DNA from: Ostreococcus lucimarinus
Taxonomy: Eukaryota
Length of the DNA: 64,000 nt
NCBI GenBank assembly: GCA_000092065.1
Contig: CP000585.1
Reading direction: 5' to 3' (one strand)
Below the pieces are notes generated by a model. It did no database searches. It was not told the DNA's origin and saw nothing but the letters and a program-made list of their open reading frames with translations. This document shows, piece by piece, positions 51,901 through 62,170 of the stretch (positions within the stretch are counted from its first letter, which is position 1; each line of letters opens with the position of its first letter). The translations under genes were made by a program, and so were the position numbers.

Positions 51901-52779
51901 CTACCAACCCGTCTCGGAGAACTTCGTGGGGTTGTAAAACTTTTCATAGCCCCATTCCGTGGGCACGGCGAACGGTTCGCTGATCGTCACCCCATCCTTC
52001 GTGACTTTACAAATTTGAAACTTGTTCATCATCTGCTTGTCGCGCATCACGCACGCGTACAGCGCCGATCGCATCACCTCCACCGCCTGCTCCTCCGTCA
52101 TATCAGCCTTGTAAAACTCTCTGAAAATCGGTCTCGCGATGTGATTGCCAAACCCAGCGCAGACGTGATCGTCTTCGTAGTGCGTTCCGATCATCCCCAC
52201 CGTGCCCAAAAACGTCTCCCCGTTTGTCTTCAATCCCGCGACGACGAGCGAGTTCCAGAGCGGATCGAACTTATTCCTCCGATTATACATCACTCGCGTG
52301 AGATATTGATAAATCTCCTCCGCGTCTCGCGTCATTCCATCGTCCTCGCAAAAGTCCTCCGTGGTCAACTCCTCCAACAGATTACACACGTACGTAAAAT
52401 CGCTCAGCTCCCCCGTGAACGCGATCGCGCACCGTTCGTTCACCTTCTTCACCCGTTCAACGTTTTTATACCTCTTCGTGCTTCCGTAGCACGCCAGCGT
52501 GTCGCACGCCAACAGCACGCCGTCGCCGTACTTCAGCCCCAGCGCGCTCGTCCCCGTCACGTACGGCGTCTGCGTTCGCGTCGTCGGCGCCTTCTCCCGC
52601 GCCTTCCCATCCAGCGTGAACGCGCGTCCGCTCGCCGGCGCGTGCGTCGTCGTCGCCGGTCCATCGCGCGCGTCGTCCCGCGCGCACGCCGCGTCGTACT
52701 CGGCGTCGACGCCGCGCGGCACCACGCCCGGGCCGATGATTGGATTGTGCGCGACTCTTCGCGGAATCATCGCGTTCGG
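51901..52779 (-). CDS. Proteasome subunit beta type-7/PSMB4-like, with propeptide
   Basis: 'TQTPYVTGTSALGLKYGDGVLLACDTLACYGS...' beta-subunit core. Long propeptide. Start at internal ATG 'MIPRRVAHNPIIGPG'. The upstream ORF-table extension is Arg/Ala low-complexity. Confidence 0.85.
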   Translation of the reverse strand, partial: PNAMIPRRVAHNPIIGPGVVPRGVDAEYDAACARDDARDGPATTTHAPASGRAFTLDGKAREKAPTTRTQTPYVTGTSALGLKYGDGVLLACDTLACYGSTKRYKNVERVKKVNERCAIAFTGELSDFTYVCNLLEELTTEDFCEDDGMTRDAEEIYQYLTRVMYNRRNKFDPLWNSLVVAGLKTNGETFLGTVGMIGTHYEDDHVCAGFGNHIARPIFREFYKADMTEEQAVEVMRSALYACVMRDKQMMNKFQICKVTKDGVTISEPFAVPTEWGYEKFYNPTKFSETGW

Positions 52780-53632
52780 CGCGTCGTCGTCGTCGCGACG
52801 CGCGCCTTCGTCGTCGCGATCGTTCGCCGCGCGTTCGCTCGCGCGTCGTCGCGCGCTCGAGCGTCGCGCGCGCGTGTGCGGCGAACGGATCGATCGGATC
52901 GATCGGTCGCGCGCGCGACCGGGTCGCGCGTCGCGACACCGACGCGCGCGACGAGCGCGCGACGCGCGCGCGCGGCGCGCGACGAACGACCGCGGCGCGC
53001 GCGCGCGCGGCGCGCGATGCGGGACGCGCGCGCGACGACGCCGCACGACGTCGAGCTCGGCCATCGCGCCGAGGCGTCGACGAGCGACGCCGCGCGCGAC
53101 GACGACGCGACGACGCGCGACGGCGACGACGACGCGCGCGACGCGACGACGCGCGACGACGACGACGACGCGCGCGACGCGGCGTCCCCGGGACGGGCGC
53201 CGATCGGAGGGATCAACGAGGACGGGTACTTCGGCGACGCCGACGGCGCGTGGCTGCCGAGCGATCGCGTGCCGTTGGTGCTGCGCGCGCGAGAGGCGGC
53301 GATGGCGGCGGGAGAGGATTACGGACGGGACGTGCGAACGTTCCTCGGCGCCTTCGGATGGCCGATCGCGGCTTCGGCGTTTTGCGTGTTTCTGTTGATT
53401 TTCGCGCTCGAGGAATTCGGCGGCGCGAAGACGCGGCGACGCGGGCCGTGACGGGGGCGAGGCGTTCGGCGGCGGCGGCGACCGCGCGGGGGTGGTTTTT
53501 GCGTTGATATTTAGTAGACTCATTAAGGTGTGGCGCGGGCGCGCGATCGGGTCGATCGCGCGTCCGCGCGTAGTAGCGCGTTTTGCAATAGTACGCTCGC
53601 GTCAGAGCTTCGGCGCCGCACACGCGCGCGCG
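52780..53632. promoter_or_regulatory. bidirectional promoter region (PSMB4 / Qri7), GC-rich low-complexity (CGCGACG)n tracts
   Basis: Divergent gene pair. ~850 bp dominated by gcgcgacg / gacgac repeats with no convincing ORF. Confidence 0.35.
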
Positions 53633-55135
53633 ATGCTCGCGCGCACGACGCGCGCGATGACGACGCTTGCGGTCGGCCATCGAGCGGCGTGTCGTCGCGC
53701 GCCGCGCGTCCGCGCGCGCGTCGCCGCGGCGTCCGAGACGTCGCACGCCGCCGCCGGTTCGTTCGGTTTCGCCTCGCGTCGCCGTCGCGCGGTCGTCGCC
53801 GCGGGGAGAGATCGCGTCGCGGACGTGTCGTCGGGAATATTCCTCGGCTCTGGACGCCTGGACGAGGGCGCGCCGCGCGCGGTGGACGCGAACACGGTGG
53901 TGCTGGGGATCGAGACGTCGTGCGACGACACGGCGGCGGCGGTGGTGCGAGGCGATGGCGTCGTCCTGGGCGAGGCGATCGCGTCGCAGGCGGCGATACA
54001 CGGACCGTGGGGAGGCGTCGTGCCGAATCTCGCGCGCGCGGCGCACGAGGAGGTGATCGATGACGTCGTGCGACGAGCGCTGACGGAGGCGGGGGTGTCG
54101 GCGGCGGATTTGAGCGCGGTGGCGGTGACGTGCGGACCCGGTTTGTCCATGTGCCTGCGCGTGGGCGTGCGTAAAGCGCAGCGGATGAGTGCAGAGTATG
54201 GGATTCCGATCGCGCCCGTGCATCACGTGGAGGCGCACGCGCTCGTTTCGCGGCTTTGCGCGGGGACGGAGACGGTTAAATTTCCGTTTCTGGCGCTGTT
54301 GGTGAGCGGAGGGCACAATTTGTTGATCAAAGCGCGCGGGGTGGGGGATTATACGATATTAGGAACAACATTAGATGATGCCTTGGGCGAGGCGTACGAC
54401 AAGACGGCGAGGCTGTTGGGGTTGCCCGTCGGCGGCGGCGGCGGACCGGCGTTGGAGAAACTCGCGCTCGAGGGCGACGAGAAGCGATTCAAGTTTCCCG
54501 TGCCGCTGCGTCAGCGTAAGAATTGCGATTTTTCCTACGCTGGATTGAAAACCGCGGCGCGTATGGCGATCGACGCCGAAATCGGAGGCGAAGACGTGGA
54601 GTGGGACGGCGTGGACAAGCGTCAGACGCGAGCCGACATCGCGGCGAGTTTCCAAGCCAAAGCGGTGAAACATCTCGAAGAGCGCATGCGTCGCGCTCTC
54701 ACGTGGGCGCTCGAGGACACCCCAGATTTATCGTGCGTCGTCGTCGCCGGCGGCGTCGCGGCGAACGCCACGGTTCGATCGACCCTGGTAAAAGTGGTGG
54801 AAGAAACCGGGCTTCCCCTCGTCTTTCCGCCGCCCAAGTGGTGCACGGACAACGGCGTCATGGTCGCCTGGACTGGATGCGAACGCCTCGCTCTCGGTCT
54901 CGCCGAGGCGCCCGTTGACGCCGAGCTTGAAGCAAAGCACGCGATGATGGATCCGCGCGACGTTCACGTCAATCTACTCCCGCGATGGCCGCTCGGAGAG
55001 AAAGACGCGCGCGCGACGGGCGACATTAAGAGCGGCAAGAAGGCTCGCATCGCCGACCCGCTCACCGGCGCCGGGCACCGCGACAGTGGCATTGCAGTCT
55101 CTCGCGACGCGGTTTCTAATAACTCCGATGACTAG
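53633..55135 (+). CDS. tRNA N6-adenosine threonylcarbamoyltransferase, mitochondrial-type (Qri7/OSGEPL1/TsaD)
   Basis: 'VVLGIETSCDDTAAAVV', metal-binding 'HHVEAH', 'VVAGGVAANATVR'. Arg/Ala-rich presequence. Confidence 0.85.
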   Translation: MLARTTRAMTTLAVGHRAACRRAPRVRARVAAASETSHAAAGSFGFASRRRRAVVAAGRDRVADVSSGIFLGSGRLDEGAPRAVDANTVVLGIETSCDDTAAAVVRGDGVVLGEAIASQAAIHGPWGGVVPNLARAAHEEVIDDVVRRALTEAGVSAADLSAVAVTCGPGLSMCLRVGVRKAQRMSAEYGIPIAPVHHVEAHALVSRLCAGTETVKFPFLALLVSGGHNLLIKARGVGDYTILGTTLDDALGEAYDKTARLLGLPVGGGGGPALEKLALEGDEKRFKFPVPLRQRKNCDFSYAGLKTAARMAIDAEIGGEDVEWDGVDKRQTRADIAASFQAKAVKHLEERMRRALTWALEDTPDLSCVVVAGGVAANATVRSTLVKVVEETGLPLVFPPPKWCTDNGVMVAWTGCERLALGLAEAPVDAELEAKHAMMDPRDVHVNLLPRWPLGEKDARATGDIKSGKKARIADPLTGAGHRDSGIAVSRDAVSNNSDD

Positions 55136-55373
55136 CGGGACACTATTAGCGCTGTAATTCCGATGTTTGTACAAGCAACGCTCGCGCTCGCCGCGTCTCG
55201 AGCGCCGCGCTCCACTCTGCGCCGTCCCCGCGTTCGCAAACGCGCTTTTCGCCGCGGGAACGACGGACGCGACGGCGTCGTCAATCACCATCCGCGCGCT
55301 CTTCGCGCGGCGTCGACTCCCGCGCCAATCGCGCGGTGTCGCCCCGAAACTTCCGCCGCCGGCGCTGCGCAGA

Positions 55374-56777
55374 ATGGTCGCGACCGCGCTGAACGGACCG
55401 TTATCGCCGCCTCCGGCGGTGCACGTCGATCGCGAGCAGTTCAAAACATCTCTGCGCGTGCGCGCGATTCGAGTGCCCACGCGCGAGACGGATGCGGTGC
55501 TGAAAGCGCTGCGAGGATTCGCGCTGGACTTGCCCAGGGTGAAGGCGGTGACGCGAGACGCCGAGGGCGAACGCGACGGGAATTTAATCCTCCTCAACGA
55601 TAAAGTCGTCGACGACGATCTTCGCGCGGTGGTACCGGAAGAAAGGTTAAGCGTCGTGCGCGAGCGCGTCGGAGGTGAGATCGAGGTGACGGAGTACGAC
55701 GTGCCGTTGACGTACGAATATTTCAACGCCGCGCAAGTGCTGAGGAAATTGTTGCCTTCGGCGGTGGAGGTGCCGAGCTCGTTCGAGACGGTCGGGCACA
55801 TCGCGCACATGAATTTGAGGGATGAGCACGAATCGCACAAGTATTTGATAGGGAAGGTGATTTTGGAGAAGAACGAGCGGTTGCGGACGGTGGTGAATAA
55901 AGTCGGGAGCATCGAGAGCGAGTTTCGCGTGCCGGAGTGGGAGTTGCTGGCGGGCGAACCGAGTCTCGTGACGGAAGTGAAGCAGCACGGGATGACGTTT
56001 AAGCTAGATTTCGGAAGCGTGTATTGGAATTCAAGGTTAGAGACGGAGCATAAACGGTTGGTGGACTCGTTCAAGGCGAATGAAGTCATTTGCGACGCGA
56101 CGAGCGGCGTCGGGCCGTTTTCGGTACCGGCGGCGCAAAAGGGTATACGTTGCTACGCCAGCGACTTGAATCCGGATTGCGCCAAATATTTGAAAATCAA
56201 CGCCAAAGAGAATCGAGTGAAGAATCTCGTCAAGTGCTACAACATGGATGCGCGCGCGTTCATCAAGGCACTTTTAGCGGCGCCAGAGAACCGTGACGTC
56301 GACGTCGAGCGAGAGTGGACGGCCACCAAAGCGACGTACGACGCGGAACTCGCCGATTATAACGCCAAGAAGCGAGACGCGAAGGCCAAAAAGATTAATT
56401 ATCGCGAGGCGAGGCCCAAGCTCACGTGGGCGGCGGCTGATGACGACGGCGCGCCCCCCGCAGGGGCGACGTTCGATCATTTGGTTACGAATTTGCCGGC
56501 GTCTGGGATAGAATTTTTAGATTGTCTGAGGGGTTCGTTTGATCGAAAGGTTTGGGAGCACAGAGAGTTACCTATGATACACTGTTACACGTTCAAAGGG
56601 GCGGACGAGACCGACGCGGACGTCATTAAACGTGGTGCGGGCCATCTCGGCGCGGAAATCGTCGACGCCGCGGTGAGCGAAGTTCGCGACGTGTCTCCGA
56701 ATAAGCTCATGGTTTTGTTGTCTTTCCGAATCAGCGCGGAAGCAGCGTTCTGTACAAAAAGACAGTGCACGACGTGA
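55374..56777 (+). CDS. TRM5: tRNA (guanine37-N1)-methyltransferase Trm5
   Basis: 'ICDATSGVGPFSVPAAQKG', 'ASDLNP', 'VTNLPASGIEFL'. The ORF-table start at 55167 is TTG. The first ATG is 55374 ('MVATALNG'). Confidence 0.85.
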   Translation: MVATALNGPLSPPPAVHVDREQFKTSLRVRAIRVPTRETDAVLKALRGFALDLPRVKAVTRDAEGERDGNLILLNDKVVDDDLRAVVPEERLSVVRERVGGEIEVTEYDVPLTYEYFNAAQVLRKLLPSAVEVPSSFETVGHIAHMNLRDEHESHKYLIGKVILEKNERLRTVVNKVGSIESEFRVPEWELLAGEPSLVTEVKQHGMTFKLDFGSVYWNSRLETEHKRLVDSFKANEVICDATSGVGPFSVPAAQKGIRCYASDLNPDCAKYLKINAKENRVKNLVKCYNMDARAFIKALLAAPENRDVDVEREWTATKATYDAELADYNAKKRDAKAKKINYREARPKLTWAAADDDGAPPAGATFDHLVTNLPASGIEFLDCLRGSFDRKVWEHRELPMIHCYTFKGADETDADVIKRGAGHLGAEIVDAAVSEVRDVSPNKLMVLLSFRISAEAAFCTKRQCTT

Positions 56778-56822
56778 GGATGAATTTGTAAAATAAATAT
56801 GCAACGTTCTACGTTCTACGTT

Positions 56823-58664
56823 CTAATGGTTTTTAGCGGGACTCGACGACGCCTCGCGCAAAGCGACTACCACTTCAGATGGATCGCTCGTGATGCACGC
56901 AACGTGCGCGTCAGGTCGAACTAATACTAATGACTTCGTGCCTAAGTGGTTGGTCTTTTTGAACCATGCACCGTAAGCGTCGAACGCGGCCGAGGGCGAG
57001 TCGGTGGGTGAGTCCACGATTCGCACCAATCTCATCGGGAACCCCCCTGGCTCGGAGAGAGTGTCCTCTTGAATATCATCGAACCCTCGCGCGAACACAG
57101 TGAAACGCGGGCCCGTGACGTCTTCATCGACGAGGTCAAGGGTCGAAAGCTCGCCCCGCGTCGTTTGCATCCAGGCGTGGGGCACGCGAACGCCGACGCG
57201 CAGCGTGCCGGGCTCGTGCAATCTGGCGAGACCGTCGGCGTCGGCGGGCTCGTAGGAGAACCCCACGTCTTCTTTCGGGAACTGAAGCCTCAACGTGCCT
57301 TGCGGGTCGTCGCACATACGTTTCACGGCTGCGCGACGCGCGGCGCCGATCGGGTTATCCGCGGTGAGCAGAGATCCGCACTGCGCGCGGCCTACGGCTA
57401 ATCCGGCTTCTAAGATGGTCTTTCGCATCGAACTCGGGATGACCGAAGGCAATCCCGACACGACGTCTCTCAACGCGTTCGCCGCTATCGGTGGTAGGCC
57501 CAGAGCGGTCGGAATCTTCAGCACGGCTTCAAAGTTCTCGACGCTCAGTGCCGTGTTTCGCAGAGCCACCGGCCGACGTTCGGATTCGTACGTTTGCAAC
57601 AGCTTCGGCGAGGAAAGCCCGCGCGTCACCGCGGCGAGCTTCCACGCCAGATTATGCGCGTCTTGAATTCCAGTGTTCATTCCGAATCCCCCCGAGGGTG
57701 GGAATCGATGCGCGGCGTCACCGGCGAGAAAAACTCTTTCGCCCGCGCGAAACGTCTCGCTCACTTCGGCGGACATTGTCCACGCGCGCACGTCGAGAAT
57801 CTCGAGCTTTTTCGACGTCTCTCCGTCGCGCCAACCGATCGCCGAACGCAGGATCCGTTCGCACACCGCGCGCGTGAAGTCGCTCGCGTCCTGAACCGGC
57901 GGTAAGTACGGAATCTGCGCCACGAACTCGCCTTCGCGCAAATCGTGCGCGACGACGACGACGACGGCGTCCGGATTGAACACAAAGTACAACATCGCGG
58001 GATCGTCGACGAGATCGTTCGCCAAATCCCGCGATTTAAAGTGTACGTTCACGAGTCGCTGCAGATCCCGTTTCCCTCGCATCGCGATCCCCAATCGCGT
58101 CCGCGTCTCGCTATTCGCGCCGTCGGCGACGACGCAATACTCGGCTCGAATCTCCAGCGTCCCCCCCCCCGCCCCGACCTCCGCGCGCACCGTCACGCCC
58201 TCCGCGTCCGCTCGCACCTCTTCCACGCGCGCGTCCTCGATCACCCCCGACGCGCCCTCCGCGTGCGCTTCCCTCGCGCGTCGCATCAACGCTCGCGTCA
58301 ATTTATGTTGCGAAAAGTGCGTCGAATGCGTCGGCGACGCCTTCGTCCTCGCCGTCGTCGCGCCGTCGAACTGATCCACCGCGCCGAGCGCCGCGCCGTT
58401 CGTCAGCGACGTCGCGTACCTGAACCACCGCCACTGCGCCAGCGCCGGCGCGTCGTCGACGCACGCGCGCGCGAGGTCCCCGTCGACGCCTCGAAACACC
58501 TCCATCGTGCGCGCGTTCACGAAGTGCGCGCGCGGGTGCGTCGACGGCGCATCGCGACGCTCGAGCGTCGCGCTCGCGACGCCGTGTCGCGACAGCAGCG
58601 CGCTCAGCGCGAGCCCGGTCGGGCCGCCGCCGACGACGCACACCGTCGTCACGACGCGACGCAT
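56823..58664 (-). CDS. FAD-dependent aromatic-ring monooxygenase (phenol hydroxylase / PheA-TfdB-like) with C-terminal thioredoxin-like domain
   Basis: 'VCVVGGGPTGLALSALL' (GxGxxG), 'DG', 'GDAAHRFPPSGGFGMNTGIQDAHNLAWKL'. Start at internal ATG 'MRRVVTTVC'. The upstream ORF-table region is His/Arg/Pro low-complexity. Confidence 0.8.
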   Translation of the reverse strand: MRRVVTTVCVVGGGPTGLALSALLSRHGVASATLERRDAPSTHPRAHFVNARTMEVFRGVDGDLARACVDDAPALAQWRWFRYATSLTNGAALGAVDQFDGATTARTKASPTHSTHFSQHKLTRALMRRAREAHAEGASGVIEDARVEEVRADAEGVTVRAEVGAGGGTLEIRAEYCVVADGANSETRTRLGIAMRGKRDLQRLVNVHFKSRDLANDLVDDPAMLYFVFNPDAVVVVVAHDLREGEFVAQIPYLPPVQDASDFTRAVCERILRSAIGWRDGETSKKLEILDVRAWTMSAEVSETFRAGERVFLAGDAAHRFPPSGGFGMNTGIQDAHNLAWKLAAVTRGLSSPKLLQTYESERRPVALRNTALSVENFEAVLKIPTALGLPPIAANALRDVVSGLPSVIPSSMRKTILEAGLAVGRAQCGSLLTADNPIGAARRAAVKRMCDDPQGTLRLQFPKEDVGFSYEPADADGLARLHEPGTLRVGVRVPHAWMQTTRGELSTLDLVDEDVTGPRFTVFARGFDDIQEDTLSEPGGFPMRLVRIVDSPTDSPSAAFDAYGAWFKKTNHLGTKSLVLVRPDAHVACITSDPSEVVVALREASSSPAKNH

Positions 58665-58721
58665 CGCGAAGTGACGCCGACGCGACGACGCGACGCGTCG
58701 CGACGCGCGCGCGCGCGCGAG
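58665..58721. promoter_or_regulatory. 57-bp shared 5' region of divergent monooxygenase and LipB genes
   Basis: The ATGs of two oppositely oriented genes are only 57 bp apart. Confidence 0.4.
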
Positions 58722-59399
58722 ATGCGGCGCGCGCTGCGCGTGCGAATCCTGCGCGGCGCGCGTATGTACGACGACGTGGCGGCGCGGATGCGGGCGACGC
58801 ACGCGGCGGTGCGGGACGGCGCGGCGGACGCGCTGCTGCTGAGCGAACACGCGCCGACGGTGACGGTGGGGAAGCGCGCGGCGCTGGGAGAGACGCACGT
58901 GAAGAGCTCGAGGGCGGCGCTCGCGCGGGCGGGGATCGCGGTGCGACGGACGGACCGGGGGGGGGACGCGACGTACCACGGGCCGGGGCAGTTGGTGGCG
59001 TACCCGGTGGTGTCGCTGCGGCGCGCGAGGGTCGGCGCGAGGGCGTACGTCGAGGGATTGGAGGCGTGCGTCGAAGAGGCGCTGAGAGGGATCGGCGTCG
59101 ACGCCAGGGGGGGGCGTAAGGGCCGAGAGGGGGTGTGGGTGAAAGATGGGAAGATCGCGGCGGTGGGGGTGAAAATATCGGCGGGGACGAGCTCGCACGG
59201 CGTGGCGATCAACGTCGATCCGGATTTGACGCACTTCGAGCACATCGTGCCGTGCGGACTCGAGGGGTACGAAGTCACGAGCGTGGTGAAGGAGTTGGGG
59301 CGGGCGGTGGCGATGAGAGACGTGGAGACGAGAGTCGTGGACGCGTTCGCGAGACGGTTTGGGTACGCCGAAGTGTTTTGGTCGGAAGAAGACGAATGA
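58722..59399 (+). CDS. LIPB: Octanoyltransferase LipB (lipoyl(octanoyl) transferase)
   Basis: 'LLLSEHAPTVTVGKRA', 'DRGGDATYHGPGQLVAYPVVSL', 'VWVKDGKIAAVGVKIS', 'HGVAINVDPDLTHFEHIVPCGL'. Start at internal ATG 'MRRALRVRIL'. Confidence 0.85.
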   Translation: MRRALRVRILRGARMYDDVAARMRATHAAVRDGAADALLLSEHAPTVTVGKRAALGETHVKSSRAALARAGIAVRRTDRGGDATYHGPGQLVAYPVVSLRRARVGARAYVEGLEACVEEALRGIGVDARGGRKGREGVWVKDGKIAAVGVKISAGTSSHGVAINVDPDLTHFEHIVPCGLEGYEVTSVVKELGRAVAMRDVETRVVDAFARRFGYAEVFWSEEDE

Positions 59400-59412
59400 T
59401 GGGGTGTGATAT

Positions 59413-60402
59413 TCACGCGCTCGCGTCGAGCTCGCGCGCGGCGTACTCGACGAGACGTCGAGCGAGCGTTGCGTCGCGCGAAATCTCGCGCACGCCTCTC
59501 GGATTGCACGACGCGAAATAATACTCGCCGAATCTGTTGTACATCGACGCGCCGGGATGAAGCGCGCAATAAATCGTCGTCGCCGCGCCGCACTCGACGG
59601 ATTTGACGAACGGTGCGCCGACGCAGTGGAGCAAGGCTCCGCGCCAACCGCTGGATTTTCGCGCGCGCGCGCTGCCTTGCGTGGCGACCGAGCCCGGATG
59701 CACGGCGAAAAATTGCACGCCGCGCTCGCGAAGCGCTTCGCCTTGGTACCGAGTCCACAAGAGCAGCGCGAGTTTCGATTGGGCGTAGGATTTCACGCTG
59801 TCGTACGCTCGGTCGTCGTCTATTTTGCCGAACCGAATACCTTCCGGATAAGAGAAGCGATAGACTTCGCTGGTGACGTTCACCACGCGCGCGCCCGCCG
59901 GATCAAACGATTCCAGGAGCAACTGCGTTAAAACAAAGTGGTTGAGAAACTTCACGTGAAACGCGAGGTCTCGGTGTGAATCTGCGTCAAACGGACAAGG
60001 CATTATACCAGCGTTGTTCACGAGGACGGTGAGCTTGAGATTGAGCGCGAGAAATGCGTCAACAAAGGCGTGAACCGACTTTGAACACGACAAGTCGAGA
60101 CGAAGGACGCGAACGATGGACGTCGTCTTAGACATGAGCTCGCACGCGAGCGCCTTTGCTCGCGCTTCGTCACGCGCACCGACCACTACCGTCGCACCCG
60201 TGCTACAAAATGCTTTGAGCGTCTCGAAGCCTATGCCAGCCGTGGCGCCGGTTATGAGAACGCAATTTCGGCTGGCAGATCCAGGGTCGAGGTCCGCGAT
60301 GACGTCGCGCCAGGACGATTTGGAGCCGAAGCCCGAAGGTCCGAGCCATCCTCGCAAGTGGCCGATAGGCCACCAACATCGCGGCATTTTTGACTTCATG
60401 AC
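59413..60402 (-). CDS. Short-chain dehydrogenase/reductase (RDH/WWOX-like classical SDR)
   Basis: 'VLITGATAGIGFET', 'NNAG', 'YAQSKLA'. The ORF-table start is TTG. Internal ATG 'MKSKMPRCWW' used. Confidence 0.75.
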   Translation of the reverse strand, partial: VMKSKMPRCWWPIGHLRGWLGPSGFGSKSSWRDVIADLDPGSASRNCVLITGATAGIGFETLKAFCSTGATVVVGARDEARAKALACELMSKTTSIVRVLRLDLSCSKSVHAFVDAFLALNLKLTVLVNNAGIMPCPFDADSHRDLAFHVKFLNHFVLTQLLLESFDPAGARVVNVTSEVYRFSYPEGIRFGKIDDDRAYDSVKSYAQSKLALLLWTRYQGEALRERGVQFFAVHPGSVATQGSARARKSSGWRGALLHCVGAPFVKSVECGAATTIYCALHPGASMYNRFGEYYFASCNPRGVREISRDATLARRLVEYAARELDASA

Positions 60403-60502
60403 GAGGCGAGCGTGACTTTTTGTGATGCGGCGCGCTGTCTCGTTGTCTCGACGCTCGTTGACTCGCGCCTCGAAATTGACAAGACGTGACGAGACAGCGA
60501 CG

Positions 60503-61432
60503 CTAACCAACTTTCAAACGAAGGCGTTTCTGCGCTTCTTCCCATCGTCGCTCGATGCCATCCATATGAGCCATGCCGACGACGGCGACGACGCGCTCGC
60601 CTTTGCACCGAAGTAAAGCTTCGACCATTATTTCGTCGCGTTCGTCCACAAAGACTCGCGCGATTTTGGGCATCTGATATGCCAAATATTCGCGCATCTC
60701 ACGAATGTGCCTCCGCGTCTTGAGATTTTCAACGATGTGTTCGATGTTATCCATGGATCCACCCATAGCGCTCGGCGGCGGAGGACCGCCCGGTCGCGTA
60801 CGACCCATCACGATGGCCATGACGTCCATCGTTGTCACGCTTTCGCGTAGCCGGCGCAAAGTCATCGTCACGTCTCTGTCCGCGCACACGATCTTCGCCC
60901 CAATGCAACCCGCCTCTTTTACTGCTTCCTTAAACTCAGCGCCGGGGTCGAGTCCGCTCAATTTGAAGAAGCTATAGAATGTTTTAAACGCCGCCTGCAG
61001 CAAACCGTCGCCGACGTTGCCGCCCGCGAACGCCCCGAGAAAATCTTTGACCGCCTGTTGAACGAACGCCGATTTGCCGTTCGACGCCGATTCACCCGGT
61101 TTCTTCTCTTCGTCGTCCACGATGCGCTCGCGCATCGTCCGCAATCGCTGCTCGCAGAGCTCGACGTGGACTACGCTCGGCTTGACCAGTCTGATGAGTT
61201 CGCGAACCTCCCTCGCGCTTCGCTCGCTCACGTGCGCGGTGCCGACCAGATAAATTTCACGCGGCGTGGACGACGAACGAAGAATGCTCAGCGTTTCGAC
61301 GCCGCCGTCGGAGACGTACTCCATCTCCCGCGCGCGCGTAGAGCGCGCGCGATGGGTCGACGCGCTGGGACAGGCGCGCGGTGGTTCGACGCGCGGCAGC
61401 GCGCGCGCGAGGCGCCAGACGCGACGCGACAT
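60503..61432 (-). CDS. TraB/PrgY/GumN-family protein (TRABD-like)
   Basis: 'IYLVGTAHVSERSAREVRELIRLVKPSVVHVELCEQR', C-terminal 'VVAVVGMAHMDGIE'. The ORF-table start is TTG. Internal ATG 'MSRRVWRL' with presequence-like N-terminus. Confidence 0.7.
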   Translation of the reverse strand: MSRRVWRLARALPRVEPPRACPSASTHRARSTRAREMEYVSDGGVETLSILRSSSTPREIYLVGTAHVSERSAREVRELIRLVKPSVVHVELCEQRLRTMRERIVDDEEKKPGESASNGKSAFVQQAVKDFLGAFAGGNVGDGLLQAAFKTFYSFFKLSGLDPGAEFKEAVKEAGCIGAKIVCADRDVTMTLRRLRESVTTMDVMAIVMGRTRPGGPPPPSAMGGSMDNIEHIVENLKTRRHIREMREYLAYQMPKIARVFVDERDEIMVEALLRCKGERVVAVVGMAHMDGIERRWEEAQKRLRLKVG

Positions 61433-61570
61433 GGCGACGCGATGCGCGCGCTCGCAAGCGCGCCGCGCGCGCGACGGCGACGCTCGAAAATCGTGCGCGA
61501 CACTGCGGCGCGCGACTCGACGCGCGAGTTTCAACTGTTTCGCTAAGCGCGTTTACACTAATTTCTACGA

Positions 61571-62170
61571 CTACGACGCGCGCGCCGCGAATTTCACGGC
61601 GAACACGCTGCGATAAATTCGTCTATACGATACCAATTCGTTCTCGCCCACGGCGCCGGACGCGGTGACGCGCCAGCCGTAGCGCGTCGGAGCGTCGGAG
61701 TCCGGCGTCGACGCCGGATGATACGCCGACGCCGCGTCGACGACCAAATGTTTGTCCGCATCCCTCGCGAACGCCTCCGCCGACGCGTACTTTACCTCCG
61801 CGCCATCGAACGCGACCCATCCGATTATTTTTGCCGTCGACGCGCCCGGCGTGCCGCCCGGACACGGATCGTCGTTCCGCTCGCGAGCGTCGCCGCCGAA
61901 CCACGGTTCGCGAAGCCTTCGCGCGACGTCCGCGCGCGACCGCGGGTTGAATCCGCCCTTCGTCCACGCGTCGGCGAGCACGCTCTTACCGGGCGTCCCG
62001 CGCGTGGTCTCCAGGACGTACACGCGCGCGTTCGGCGTCAATTTCGCCGTCGACAGCGCGTAGCCTCGAACGTCGATAGACTTTTCGCCGTCGACCAACA
62101 GACGCGCGAACGGGGCTTGGACTTCGAGCGCGAGCGCCTCGCCGACGCCGACGCCGACGCCGCGATCCAT
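61571..62170 (-). CDS. ASCH/PUA-like small protein (tentative)
   Basis: 'LALEVQAPFARLLVDGEKSIDVRGY' resembles the ASCH N-terminal motif. Internal ATG 'MDRGVGVGVG'. The upstream ORF-table extension is low-complexity. Confidence 0.4.
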   Translation of the reverse strand: MDRGVGVGVGEALALEVQAPFARLLVDGEKSIDVRGYALSTAKLTPNARVYVLETTRGTPGKSVLADAWTKGGFNPRSRADVARRLREPWFGGDARERNDDPCPGGTPGASTAKIIGWVAFDGAEVKYASAEAFARDADKHLVVDAASAYHPASTPDSDAPTRYGWRVTASGAVGENELVSYRRIYRSVFAVKFAARAS

